The notes: generated by a model not told the origin, from the letters alone. Shown: positions 27,999-37,554, numbered from the stretch's first letter. The stretch is DNA of 64,000 bases from Peptostreptococcaceae bacterium (GCA_036647935.1 JAVXJG010000002.1:21308-85307), one strand, 5' to 3'. Numbers and translations are program-made.

Positions 27999-29423
27999 AT
28001 GGAAGATAAAGATATAAAAAAGATAATTGATGAATCTAAAAACACAGAAGATTTAGAACTAGAATTATCTGTATTTTTTAATGATGATATAAAAGACATA
28101 AATGAATATGACAAGGAAAAAATTAAAATGAAAGTATATGAAAAAATAGAAGATGAAAATAATAATAAAGAAGATAAAAATATAATATCAATAAATAGTA
28201 AGATAAACTCTAAAGATAAAAGAAAGTTAAATTATAAAAAGAGAATAGGTATAGTAGCTTCAATAGTTATAGTTCTAGCAGTTGGAACACCAGTAGCTAA
28301 GGCTATAATAGATAAAATGTATAGCTATATACCAGGAGAAGGAGCAATATTAAATAATGGAAGTGGAGTTTATGTAATAGATAATCCTATAGAAAAAGAA
28401 GTAGATGGAAATATACTTAAATTAGAAAGTTTAACTATAGATACAATAAACAACACTATATATACAAGAGTAAATGGAAATGAATCAAAGCCAACTAAAG
28501 AAGCATCTATAAAAATTGGAGGAAAAATAATAAATACAGACAACAGATCTCTTGGATGGGGAGGAGAAACATGGTTGTTAGGTCATGTTTTTACTGAAAA
28601 CTTTGATTATGATGAAAATAGCTTAGTGGTATATTCTATAAAATTAGAAAATGGAAATAATGTGGATTTTGAGGCGCACTTGAAGAATGCAAAATCTGTA
28701 AGTAGCTATAGTGAATTAGGACCTACAAACACTAAAGAAAATATATCTATAACAGCAATAATAAAAGAAGAAGAAAATAATTTAGATGTAAACTTTTTAT
28801 CATTAGTAGAAGGACTAAATGCAGATGTAAGATATTATGGAAAAGAGAATTATATTGATAAATTTAGTACAGGAGTAGTCCTAAGGGATGTGAATGGAAA
28901 AACTGTAAATGGAGAGCTTATTCATCATGGTGATAGAGCTAATAACTTTAATTTTGACATATCTAATTTAACTAAACCATACACTATTGAAATTCCTCAA
29001 GTAGGCATAAATATTTATGGAACAACATATCCAACAACTGTAAAAGTGGATTTACCAAAGAAAGGCAAACTAGATATAAATAAAGATATAGAATTAAAAG
29101 ATGATAATAAGTATTTGTCTAAAAATAATATTGTTAGCATTGTTAATATAGTTAAAAATCAAAATAATATATATGAATTAAAGCTTCATTTTCCTAAAAA
29201 TAAGGATAGTAATATAAAAATAAGTAATATAGGAATTAGAGCAACAAGAAGTTTATTTAACATTAAAAGAGATTTTTCAGGATACGGTAGCATAATAGGT
29301 GAATATTCTATTGTTGAAACTATATCGATAGAACCTGATGATAAAAATACTAAAACCTTAGAATTTGAAATAACTCCTCATGAGTATATAGTAGAGGGAA
29401 ATTGGAGTATTACAATAGAATAA
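27999..29423 (+). CDS. putative anti-sigma factor (single-pass, large extracytoplasmic domain)
   Basis: Starts 6 nt after the sigma gene. It has an ~80-aa charged cytoplasmic N-terminus, one TM helix (IGIVASIVIVLAVGTPVA, about residues 83-100) and an ~370-aa outside domain. There is no Cys/His zinc motif. Confidence 0.6.
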   Translation: MEDKDIKKIIDESKNTEDLELELSVFFNDDIKDINEYDKEKIKMKVYEKIEDENNNKEDKNIISINSKINSKDKRKLNYKKRIGIVASIVIVLAVGTPVAKAIIDKMYSYIPGEGAILNNGSGVYVIDNPIEKEVDGNILKLESLTIDTINNTIYTRVNGNESKPTKEASIKIGGKIINTDNRSLGWGGETWLLGHVFTENFDYDENSLVVYSIKLENGNNVDFEAHLKNAKSVSSYSELGPTNTKENISITAIIKEEENNLDVNFLSLVEGLNADVRYYGKENYIDKFSTGVVLRDVNGKTVNGELIHHGDRANNFNFDISNLTKPYTIEIPQVGINIYGTTYPTTVKVDLPKKGKLDINKDIELKDDNKYLSKNNIVSIVNIVKNQNNIYELKLHFPKNKDSNIKISNIGIRATRSLFNIKRDFSGYGSIIGEYSIVETISIEPDDKNTKTLEFEITPHEYIVEGNWSITIE

Positions 29424-29433
29424 TATAAAAGAT

Positions 29434-29472
29434 AAGCTATAGTATCTAAAATTGATACATAGCTTATTTTTT
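29434..29472 (+). terminator. rho-independent terminator
   Basis: AAGCTATAGTATC-N7-GATACATAGCTT followed by ATTTTTT. Confidence 0.75.
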
Positions 29473-29654
29473 ATATAAGCATATTAACTTGGGGACTACG
29501 TCGGCGACATGATCAAAGTGAATTTTTTTGCTAAAATAGGGTTAATTATAAGTAAATAAAGAAAAAATAATAAATAGTTGTAAATGAACTTAAATTTAAA
29601 ATAAATAAATTGAAGATAAATATAAAATATAGAAATAAAAGGAGATTTTAAAAA

Positions 29655-31316
29655 ATGAATAAAAATAGTGTTAAGGTAATTCCACTAGGTGGTCTTGGAG
29701 AGATTGGTAAAAATATTACTGCAATAGAATATGATGATGAAATAATAGTAATAGATTGTGGAGTATCTTTTCCTGATGAAGAAATGTATGGAGTGGATTT
29801 GGTAATACCAGACATTAGATATTTAATAGAGAGAAAAGATAAAATAAAAGGAATGTTTTTAACACATGGGCATGAAGATCATATAGGTGCAATACCATAT
29901 ATTTTACAACAATTAAATATGCCTGTATATGGAACAAAGCTTACACTTGGATTATTAGAAAATAAGTTAAAAGAACATAATATTTTTTCTGATTGTACAA
30001 TAATACCTGTAGAAACAGGAGATACAATAAAAATAGAAAGTATGTCAGTAGAATTTATAAGGGTTACTCATAGTATTGCAGATGCGTGTGCATTAGCTAT
30101 ATACACACCTGCAGGAACAATATTTCATACAGGTGACTTTAAAATAGACTATACACCTATAGATGGTCAGATTACAGACTTAAGTAGAATAGGAGCTATA
30201 GGAAAAAAAGGGGTACTATTATTATTAGCAGATAGTACAAATGTAGAAAGGCATGGTCATTCACTTTCTGAAATGACTATCGGAGAAACTCTATCGAGAA
30301 TTTTTTCAACTGCAACAGGAAGAGTTATAGTAGCTACATTTGCATCTAATATACATAGAATGCAACAAATAGCAAATGCATCAATAAAACAAAATAGGAA
30401 AATTGCTTTTTGTGGAAGAAGTATGGAAAATATATCACAAGTGGCTATGGAACTAGGATATCTTCATATACCGGATGAATTTATTATAACTATAGATGAA
30501 ATAAATAATTATCCAACTAAAAATGTAACTATAATAACTACAGGTAGCCAAGGAGAAGCCATGGCAGGATTATCAAGAATAGCATATGGATCTCATAGAA
30601 AAATAGAAATAGATAGAGATGATTTATTTATAATATCAGCTTCACCAATTCCAGGTAATGATAAATTAATATCAAGGGTTATTAATCAATTATTTAGAAA
30701 AGGTGTAGAAGTAATATATGAAGACTTGGAAGAAGTTCATGTATCAGGTCATGCATATCAAGAAGAATTAAAGCTAATACATACTTTAGTTAAGCCGAAA
30801 TATTTTATGCCCGTTCATGGTGAATACAGACACTTAAAACATCATAGTGACTTGGCAATTAAGCTTGGGATGAAACCAGAAAATGTGTTTACACTAGAAA
30901 CAGGACAGGTACTTGAAGTATCAAGAAATAGTGCAAATTCATCGAGAAGAGTTCATACGGGAGTTGTATTTGTAGATGGCATAGGTGTAGGAGATGTAGG
31001 AAATATAGTACTTAGAGATAGAAGATATCTAGCAAAAGATGGCATGGTAACTATAGTAATAGCTATAGAACGTGAAACTTATAGCATAATAGCAGGACCA
31101 GATATTATAACTAGAGGATTCATATATGCTAGAGAATCTGAAATACTAATAAATACTATTAAAAAAATAGCTAGAGAAGAAGTTGAAAAGTGCTTAGAAG
31201 ATAAGGTTATGGAGTGGCAAGTTTTAAAAGGCGGAGTTAAAAAATCTATAGAGAACTTTATATATGATAAAACTAAAAGAAGACCAAGTGTTTTCCCTAT
31301 AATTATGGAGATATAA
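29655..31316 (+). CDS. rnj: ribonuclease J
   Basis: 553 aa. Metallo-beta-lactamase motif THGHEDHIGA, a beta-CASP domain and the RNase J C-terminal domain. N-terminus VKVIPLGGLGEIGKN. Confidence 0.93.
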   Translation: MNKNSVKVIPLGGLGEIGKNITAIEYDDEIIVIDCGVSFPDEEMYGVDLVIPDIRYLIERKDKIKGMFLTHGHEDHIGAIPYILQQLNMPVYGTKLTLGLLENKLKEHNIFSDCTIIPVETGDTIKIESMSVEFIRVTHSIADACALAIYTPAGTIFHTGDFKIDYTPIDGQITDLSRIGAIGKKGVLLLLADSTNVERHGHSLSEMTIGETLSRIFSTATGRVIVATFASNIHRMQQIANASIKQNRKIAFCGRSMENISQVAMELGYLHIPDEFIITIDEINNYPTKNVTIITTGSQGEAMAGLSRIAYGSHRKIEIDRDDLFIISASPIPGNDKLISRVINQLFRKGVEVIYEDLEEVHVSGHAYQEELKLIHTLVKPKYFMPVHGEYRHLKHHSDLAIKLGMKPENVFTLETGQVLEVSRNSANSSRRVHTGVVFVDGIGVGDVGNIVLRDRRYLAKDGMVTIVIAIERETYSIIAGPDIITRGFIYARESEILINTIKKIAREEVEKCLEDKVMEWQVLKGGVKKSIENFIYDKTKRRPSVFPIIMEI

Positions 31317-31354
31317 TTATAAAATTTTAATAGTATTGATAAAAAAGATTATAT

Positions 31355-31395
31355 AAAAGATAGATGTGAATAAAAATTCACATCTATCTTTTTTT
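31355..31395 (+). terminator. rho-independent terminator
   Basis: AAAGATAGATGTGAAT-N4-ATTCACATCTATCTTT followed by a T run. Confidence 0.9.
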
Positions 31396-31469
31396 GATAA
31401 GCTAACATATATATATAGTTAATGATATAATAAATTATAAAAAAATAGCAGAAGTAGAGGGAGGAATAC

Positions 31470-32174
31470 GTGAGTAAGTATATAGAGTTTAAAGATGTGA
31501 AAAAAATTTATAAAATGGGTGAGGTAGAGATATCTGCACTAGTTGGAGTAGATTTTTCTGTTAAAAAAGGTGAATTTGTTGTAGTTGCTGGTGCTAGTGG
31601 TGCTGGAAAAAGTACAATACTAAATATTTTAGGTGGGATGGATAGCCCTACTAGTGGAAAGATAATAGTTGATGGAAATGAAATAAATAATTATTCAAAT
31701 AAAGATTTGATAACATATAGAAGATTTGATATTGGATTTGTATTCCAATTTTATAATTTAGTACAAAATCTAACAGCTCGTGAAAACGTAGAGCTAGCTA
31801 CCCAAATTTGTAAAGAACCATTAGATATAGATGAAGTAATGGAAGCAGTAGGGTTATCTGATAGAAAAAGTAATTTTCCAGCCCAATTATCTGGGGGAGA
31901 GCAACAAAGAGTTGCAATAGCTAGAGCATTAGCTAAAAATCCAAAGCTATTATTATGTGATGAACCGACAGGAGCATTAGATTATAATACTGGAAAAGCA
32001 ATATTAAAATTGTTGCAAGATACTTGCAGAAAAATGGGAATGACAGTAATAATAATAACCCATAACCTAGCATTGACTCCAATGGGGGATAAGGTAATAG
32101 AAGTTAGAAATGGAAAGATAAAAAGTATGACTATCAATGAAAATCCTGTTTCAATAGAAAGGATAGAGTGGTAG
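31470..32174 (+). CDS. ABC transporter ATP-binding protein (MacB/FtsE-LolD class)
   Basis: Walker [10 protein letters not shown], signature LSGGEQQR, Walker [16 protein letters not shown] start with a GGGAGG RBS. Confidence 0.9.
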   Translation: MSKYIEFKDVKKIYKMGEVEISALVGVDFSVKKGEFVVVAGASGAGKSTILNILGGMDSPTSGKIIVDGNEINNYSNKDLITYRRFDIGFVFQFYNLVQNLTARENVELATQICKEPLDIDEVMEAVGLSDRKSNFPAQLSGGEQQRVAIARALAKNPKLLLCDEPTGALDYNTGKAILKLLQDTCRKMGMTVIIITHNLALTPMGDKVIEVRNGKIKSMTINENPVSIERIEW

Positions 32175-35100
32175 CAATGAAAAGTATCTTAAATAAAGAT
32201 ATTATAAGAGATATAAAAAAAACAAAGGGTAGATTTTTATCTATATTATGCATAGTTGCACTTGGAGTTGCATTTTTCTCAGGAATAAAAGTAGGTCCTA
32301 TAGTAATGAAAAATACATCAGATAAATACTTTGATGATTATAATCTTATGGATATAAGGGTTTTGTCTACACTTGGGCTTACAGATGATGATGTAGATGC
32401 TGTAAAAAAAATTACTGGAGTTGAAGGTATTTTCCCAACTTATTCTACAGATGTAATTACAAATTATAACTCAAAGGAAAGTACACTAAGAGTACATAGC
32501 ATACCTTTAGACTATATAAAAAATAATAGCAAAGATTACATAAATCAAGTTAATTTAATTGAAGGAAGGCTTCCTCAAAACTCTGGGGAAGTAGTGATAG
32601 AATCTCCTAAAATAAATAACTTAGAGATACCAATAGGTTCAAAAATAAATCTTAAATCTGGAACTGATGATGATATTAAAAATACTTTAAAAACTAATGA
32701 ATATGAAGTTGTAGGATATATAGAAACTCCTTATTATTTAAGTTACGAAAAGGGAAGTAGTGATATAGGTAGTGGAAGAGTTGAGGCCGTAGCTATAATT
32801 TTACAAGAAGATTTTAATATGGAAGCCTACACAGAAATGTTTGTTACTGTAAAAGGTACTAAGGAGAAAAATTCTTATAATGATGATTACTTTGATGTTG
32901 TAGATAAAGTATCAGAAGAAATAGAAAATATATCAGATGCTAGAATACAAGTAAGACATGATGAAGTAGTTGGAAGTGCAAAGGAAGAACTAGAAAAAGG
33001 TAAAAATGAATTTAAAGATAAGAAAAAAGAAGTTGATGAAAAATTAGACAGTGCAAGTAAAGATATAGAAAAGTTTACAATACAAATATCAGATGCTGAA
33101 AATCTAATAAAGAGTAAAAAAAAACAGGCTGAAATTGAAATAAATAACGGTAAAGTTGAGATTAAAAATGGAGAAAAAGCTTTAAATGATGGATATGCAA
33201 AATATGAAAATTCAAAAAATCAGTTTTATAAAAACAAACCAGAGATAGAAACTAAAATTAAAGAAGCTGAAAATAATCTTAACGGTGTAAATACTCAGAT
33301 TCAAGGTATAAAATCTGAAATATCAATATTAGAAGATTCACTACAACGTGAAAATTTAACTAAAGAAGAAAAAGACTCTACAAATGAGAAAATAAATGAA
33401 AAGAAAAACATATTATCTAAAGTGAATTCTAATTATGAACACGGAAAAAAAGAGTTAGAATCCAAAAAACAAGAACTTAAAAAAGGTGAAAATACACTTA
33501 CAAGTATAAAAATATTTTTAGATAATAATAAAAGTAAGTTAGAGGCACAAAAGTTAAATTTAGTAAAAATAGAATCGAAGACCAAAGATGAACTTAATAA
33601 AGCAGAAGTAGAACTGAAAACACAGAATAAAAAAATTGATAATGCAAAAATAGAACTAAAAAACTCAAAAGCAGAAGCTGAAAGTGAATTAGAAAAAGCT
33701 AAAAAGAGGATAGAAGACTCAGAAGATGAAATTAATAAAATTGAAAAACCGGAGTGGTATGTACTAGATAGAAATAGTCACTATTCATATGCCCAATATG
33801 AAAATAGTGCTAATAGTATAGATGCACTTGCTAAAATATTTCCTGTATTCTTTTTCTCAGTAGCAGCACTAGTTTGTTTAACTACTATGACTAGAATGGT
33901 AGATGAACAAAGAATAAATATAGGTACATTGAAAGCTCTTGGATATAGTGAAGGTAAAATATCTAAAAAATATATAATATATGCACTAAGTGCAAGTTTA
34001 TTAGGAAGTATGCTAGGATTAGCAATAGGATTTACAATATTCCCTATAGTAATATTTAATGCTTATGGAATAATGTACACACTTCCAAGCGCTATTTTAA
34101 CTTTTGATGTTACAATAGCTATTGGAGTAACTTTACTTGCTGTAGGTATAACAACATTATCTGCATATCTAGCGTGTCATAAAGAACTTAAGGAAACACC
34201 ATCTATATTAATGAGACCTAGAGCACCTAAAAATGGAAAAAGAATAATATTAGAAAGAATGCCTTTCATATGGAATAAAATTAGTTTTATAGGAAAAGTT
34301 ACTATAAGAAATATATTTAGATATAAAAAGAGATTTTTCATGACAGTTTTAGGTATATCAGGGTGTACAGCTCTTATATTAACAGGATTAGGTATAAGAG
34401 ATTCTATACAAATGATTGTAGATGGACAATATGGTAGTTTGTTTAAGTATGATATGACTGTTGTTTTAGATAATGACTTATTAAATAGTGATATAGATAA
34501 AATCTCGGATTATATATCTAATGATAAGAGAATATTAAAACATCAATTTATAAATAATGAAAATGGAAATATAGTAATAGATAAAACTGAAAAAGATATA
34601 ACTATAGTAGTTCCTGATAGCATTTCTAATATGGAAGAATTCATACATCTTAGAGATAGAAAGTCGCAGGACCCTATAAAATTAGATGATAGCGGGGTGG
34701 TTATTTCTGAAAAAATAGCAAGAACACTTGATATTAAAGTAGGAGATAACATAGAACTTAAAAATAGTAAAGATAAAAAAGTTAAGGTACTAGTAACTGG
34801 AATAACAGAAAATTATATCTCACATTATGCATATATATCACCTAAGTATTATAAAGAAGTATTTGGTAGAGATACAGAGTTTAATATGGCAATAGGTACT
34901 GTAAAGGATATATCAAATGATAAAGAATCTAAGTTAGGATCAGATTTGATGGAAAATGATTTAATTAAAGGTGTTACCTTTAATAGTGGAGCTAGAGAAA
35001 ACTTTAGCAATACTATAAAGAGCTTAAATTATGTTGTACTCTTAATGACTGTATCAGCAGGAATATTAGCATTTATAGTTTTATATAACTTAACTAATGT

Positions 35101-35425
35101 AAATATATCGGAGAGAATTAGAGAAATAGCAACAATAAAAGTCCTAGGATTTTACGATAATGAAGTATCATCATATATATACAGGGAAAATATAATACTT
35201 ACTATAATAGGAACTTTTGCAGGTCTTGGACTTGGAAAAATCCTACATCAATTTATAATGGTTACAGTAGAGTTAGATAGTATGATGTTTGGTAGAGTGA
35301 TAAGTTTTAAAAGCTATGTAATAGCAGCTGTACTTACTGTGGCTCTTGGTATAATCGTTAATTTAGCAATGTATTATAAGTTAAAAACTGTAAAAATGGT
35401 CGAATCTCTTAAATCAGTAGATTAA
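32168..35425 (+). CDS. FtsX-family ABC transporter permease, duplicated, with a long coiled-coil extracytoplasmic insertion
   Basis: 1085 aa. Two FtsX-type TM bundles (about aa 555-680 and 960-1085). The N-terminal TM helix is followed by a ~500-aa external region that includes a ~270-aa K/E-rich coiled coil. The start is either GTG 32168 or ATG 32177. Confidence 0.85.
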   Translation: MVAMKSILNKDIIRDIKKTKGRFLSILCIVALGVAFFSGIKVGPIVMKNTSDKYFDDYNLMDIRVLSTLGLTDDDVDAVKKITGVEGIFPTYSTDVITNYNSKESTLRVHSIPLDYIKNNSKDYINQVNLIEGRLPQNSGEVVIESPKINNLEIPIGSKINLKSGTDDDIKNTLKTNEYEVVGYIETPYYLSYEKGSSDIGSGRVEAVAIILQEDFNMEAYTEMFVTVKGTKEKNSYNDDYFDVVDKVSEEIENISDARIQVRHDEVVGSAKEELEKGKNEFKDKKKEVDEKLDSASKDIEKFTIQISDAENLIKSKKKQAEIEINNGKVEIKNGEKALNDGYAKYENSKNQFYKNKPEIETKIKEAENNLNGVNTQIQGIKSEISILEDSLQRENLTKEEKDSTNEKINEKKNILSKVNSNYEHGKKELESKKQELKKGENTLTSIKIFLDNNKSKLEAQKLNLVKIESKTKDELNKAEVELKTQNKKIDNAKIELKNSKAEAESELEKAKKRIEDSEDEINKIEKPEWYVLDRNSHYSYAQYENSANSIDALAKIFPVFFFSVAALVCLTTMTRMVDEQRINIGTLKALGYSEGKISKKYIIYALSASLLGSMLGLAIGFTIFPIVIFNAYGIMYTLPSAILTFDVTIAIGVTLLAVGITTLSAYLACHKELKETPSILMRPRAPKNGKRIILERMPFIWNKISFIGKVTIRNIFRYKKRFFMTVLGISGCTALILTGLGIRDSIQMIVDGQYGSLFKYDMTVVLDNDLLNSDIDKISDYISNDKRILKHQFINNENGNIVIDKTEKDITIVVPDSISNMEEFIHLRDRKSQDPIKLDDSGVVISEKIARTLDIKVGDNIELKNSKDKKVKVLVTGITENYISHYAYISPKYYKEVFGRDTEFNMAIGTVKDISNDKESKLGSDLMENDLIKGVTFNSGARENFSNTIKSLNYVVLLMTVSAGILAFIVLYNLTNVNISERIREIATIKVLGFYDNEVSSYIYRENIILTIIGTFAGLGLGKILHQFIMVTVELDSMMFGRVISFKSYVIAAVLTVALGIIVNLAMYYKLKTVKMVESLKSVD

Positions 35426-35530
35426 AAATATAAAATTTTATAGTGAAAAGTAATGTCAAAAATCTATCTAGCATCATAGTATATTTTAGGAGTAAACACT
35501 CCACATAGAACTCAACAGGGGGGTAACAAA

Positions 35531-35725
35531 ATGCTAGATAGATTTTTTGGAGAAAATGGGATAATGTGTGGATCAGGATGGTGGATAATAATATTATTCT
35601 TTTTATTCTTGGCTTTCCAAGATTGCTGGGTAGATTTTGACATTTGTGCATGGATACCATTCTTAATATTATTATTAATCGTTTGTAGCTGCGGAGAAGG
35701 ATTCGACGGAGGATGCGGCTGCTAG
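35531..35725 (+). CDS. small Cys-rich double-TM protein (64 aa), possibly YjcZ-like
   Basis: RBS AGGGGGG 8 nt upstream and a terminator directly downstream. Two hydrophobic helices are bracketed by Cys/Gly clusters, and the C-terminus is CSCGEGFDGGCGC. 7 of 64 residues are Cys. Confidence 0.55.
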   Translation: MLDRFFGENGIMCGSGWWIIILFFLFLAFQDCWVDFDICAWIPFLILLLIVCSCGEGFDGGCGC

Positions 35726-35738
35726 TTTGATAAGAAAA

Positions 35739-35767
35739 TAGGCTATCTAATGATAGTCTATTTTTTT
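35739..35767 (+). terminator. rho-independent terminator
   Basis: TAGGCTATC-taat-GATAGTCTA followed by T7. Confidence 0.8.
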
Positions 35768-35831
35768 GATGAATATGTATGAATAATATATCTAAATATG
35801 TATATTTATAAAAAAAAATAAAGTCTATATC

Positions 35832-35860
35832 TTGAATTTTCCTTTTTTCAACTGTATAAT
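35832..35860 (+). promoter_or_regulatory. candidate sigma-A promoter of the DUF1846 gene
   Basis: TTGAAT-17 nt-TATAAT. Confidence 0.55.
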
Positions 35861-35897
35861 ATAAACTTAGTTAAAAAAATAGATACATATAAAAATA

Positions 35898-35933
35898 AAA
35901 AATATACGGTTATCAATAATTAAAAATTTAGTG
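35898..35933 (+). repeat. direct repeat copy 1 (5' UTR of the DUF1846 gene)
   Basis: AAAAATATACGGTTATCAATAA is identical to 37516-37537. Similarity continues (TTAAAAATTTAGT versus TTAAAACTTAGT) across a 3-4-nt indel. Confidence 0.85.
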
Positions 35934-35943
35934 AGGTGGAAAT

Positions 35944-37452
35944 ATGAAAATAGGATTCGATCATAAGAAATACCTAAAGGAACAATCAAAGTATATACTA
36001 GAGAGAGTTAATAACTTTGATAAACTATATCTAGAGTTTGGTGGAAAGCTAATAGGAGATTTACACGCAAAAAGAATCTTACCTGGATTTGATGAAAATG
36101 CAAAAATAAAAGTTCTACAACATATGAAAGAGAAAGTTGAAGTAGTTATATGTGTTTATGCAGGTGATATAGAAAGAAACAAAATCAGAGGGGATTACGG
36201 AATAACTTATGATATGGAAGTTTTAAGACTTATAGATGATTTAAGGTCTTATGAATTAGATGTAAACAGTGTAGTAATCACTAGATTTGAAGGACAACCT
36301 GCAACAACAGTATTTATAAATAAATTAGAACGTAGAGGAATAAAAGTATACAAGCATGCTCCAACAAAAGGATATCCAACAGACGTAAACACAATAGTGA
36401 GTGATAAAGGGTATGGAGCAAATCCATATATAGAAACTACTAAGCCTATAGTTGTGATGACAGCTCCAGGGCCAAACAGTGGCAAATTAGGAACTTGTTT
36501 AAGTCAGTTATATCATGAAAATAAAAGAGGAAATAGTGTTGGATACTCTAAATTTGAAACGTTCCCAGTATGGAATTTACCAGTAAAGCATCCTGTAAAT
36601 ATAGCATATGAAGCTGCAACAGTTGATTTAAAGGATGTTAATATGATAGATTCATTCCATCTTGAAAAATATGGACAAACATCTGTAAACTACAATAGAG
36701 ATTTAGAATTATTCCCAGTTCTTAAGAAAATAATAGAAAAAATAACAGGAAAAGAATCAATATATCAATCACCAACAGATATGGGTGTCAATAGAGTAGG
36801 TTTTGGTATAACTGATGATGAAGTTGTTCAAGAAGCGGCAAGACAAGAAATAATAAGAAGATATTTTAAAACTGCTTGTGAATACAAAAAAGGTCAGTTT
36901 GATAAGAGTGCTTATGAGACTATCCAATTAATAATGGAAGAAGTCAATCTAAAGCCTGAAGATAGAACAGTAGTGATACCAGCTAGAAATTATAGTTTAA
37001 AATTAAAAGAAAGAGCTAGTAAAAATGATACTTGCCCAGTAGTTGCAATAGAGTTATATGATGGAATGATATTAACGGGTAAAGGTTCAAATATAATGAA
37101 TGCCAGTGCAGCAGTAATATTAAATGCTATAAAGTATATAGCAAACATAGCAGATGATATGCACTTAATATCTCCAGCAATATTAGAACCAATATTAAAT
37201 TTAAAAACTAAGACTTTAGCAAGTAGAACGCCTGAATTGAGTTGTGAAGAAGTATTAGCAGCTCTTAGTATATGTGCTGTAACAAATCCAACTGCTCAAT
37301 TTGTAATGGAAAAACTTCCAATGTTAAATGGAGCTCAAGCTCATGCAACTACTATATTAAGTAAAGATGATGAACAAACATTTAGAGAGCTTGGAATAGA
37401 TGTAACATGTGATCCAGAATATCCATCACAAAACCTATACTACGCAAACTAA
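35944..37452 (+). CDS. DUF1846 (UPF0371) family protein
   Basis: 502 aa. The N-terminus [22 protein letters not shown]...LYLEFGGKL...RILPGF is characteristic of UPF0371. Confidence 0.85.
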   Translation: MKIGFDHKKYLKEQSKYILERVNNFDKLYLEFGGKLIGDLHAKRILPGFDENAKIKVLQHMKEKVEVVICVYAGDIERNKIRGDYGITYDMEVLRLIDDLRSYELDVNSVVITRFEGQPATTVFINKLERRGIKVYKHAPTKGYPTDVNTIVSDKGYGANPYIETTKPIVVMTAPGPNSGKLGTCLSQLYHENKRGNSVGYSKFETFPVWNLPVKHPVNIAYEAATVDLKDVNMIDSFHLEKYGQTSVNYNRDLELFPVLKKIIEKITGKESIYQSPTDMGVNRVGFGITDDEVVQEAARQEIIRRYFKTACEYKKGQFDKSAYETIQLIMEEVNLKPEDRTVVIPARNYSLKLKERASKNDTCPVVAIELYDGMILTGKGSNIMNASAAVILNAIKYIANIADDMHLISPAILEPILNLKTKTLASRTPELSCEEVLAALSICAVTNPTAQFVMEKLPMLNGAQAHATTILSKDDEQTFRELGIDVTCDPEYPSQNLYYAN

Positions 37453-37473
37453 ATTAAAAATAGATACAAAGAT

Positions 37474-37509
37474 AAGACCATATTGCCACTGAGGTAATAT
37501 GGTCTTTTT
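37474..37509 (+). terminator. rho-independent terminator
   Basis: AAGACCATATT-N11-AATATGGTCTT followed by a T run. Confidence 0.85.
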
Positions 37510-37515
37510 AAAATG

Positions 37516-37554
37516 AAAAATATACGGTTATCAATAAGGAATTAAAACTTAGTT
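37516..37554 (+). repeat. direct repeat copy 2 (immediately after the DUF1846 terminator)
   Basis: The 22-nt core is identical to 35898-35919, followed by a related tail. Confidence 0.85.

Noticed and set aside
29487-29520. An isolated GC-rich patch (TTGGGGACTACGTCGGCGACATGATC) in an otherwise AT-rich spacer upstream of rnj. I considered a tRNA fragment, an att site or a gene remnant.
   Set aside because: It is too short to fold into a tRNA or other known RNA, and the GTCG-G-CGAC dyad cannot form a stable hairpin. Only 16-30-codon ORFs cross it on either strand, and there is no second copy in the window. I cannot assign it, and it would need a genome-wide search.
35409-35660. An 83-aa minus-strand ORF overlapping the Cys-rich mini-protein locus.
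   Set aside because: The plus-strand ORF has a strong RBS and a correctly oriented terminator. The minus-strand ORF has neither and would run into the permease 3' end.
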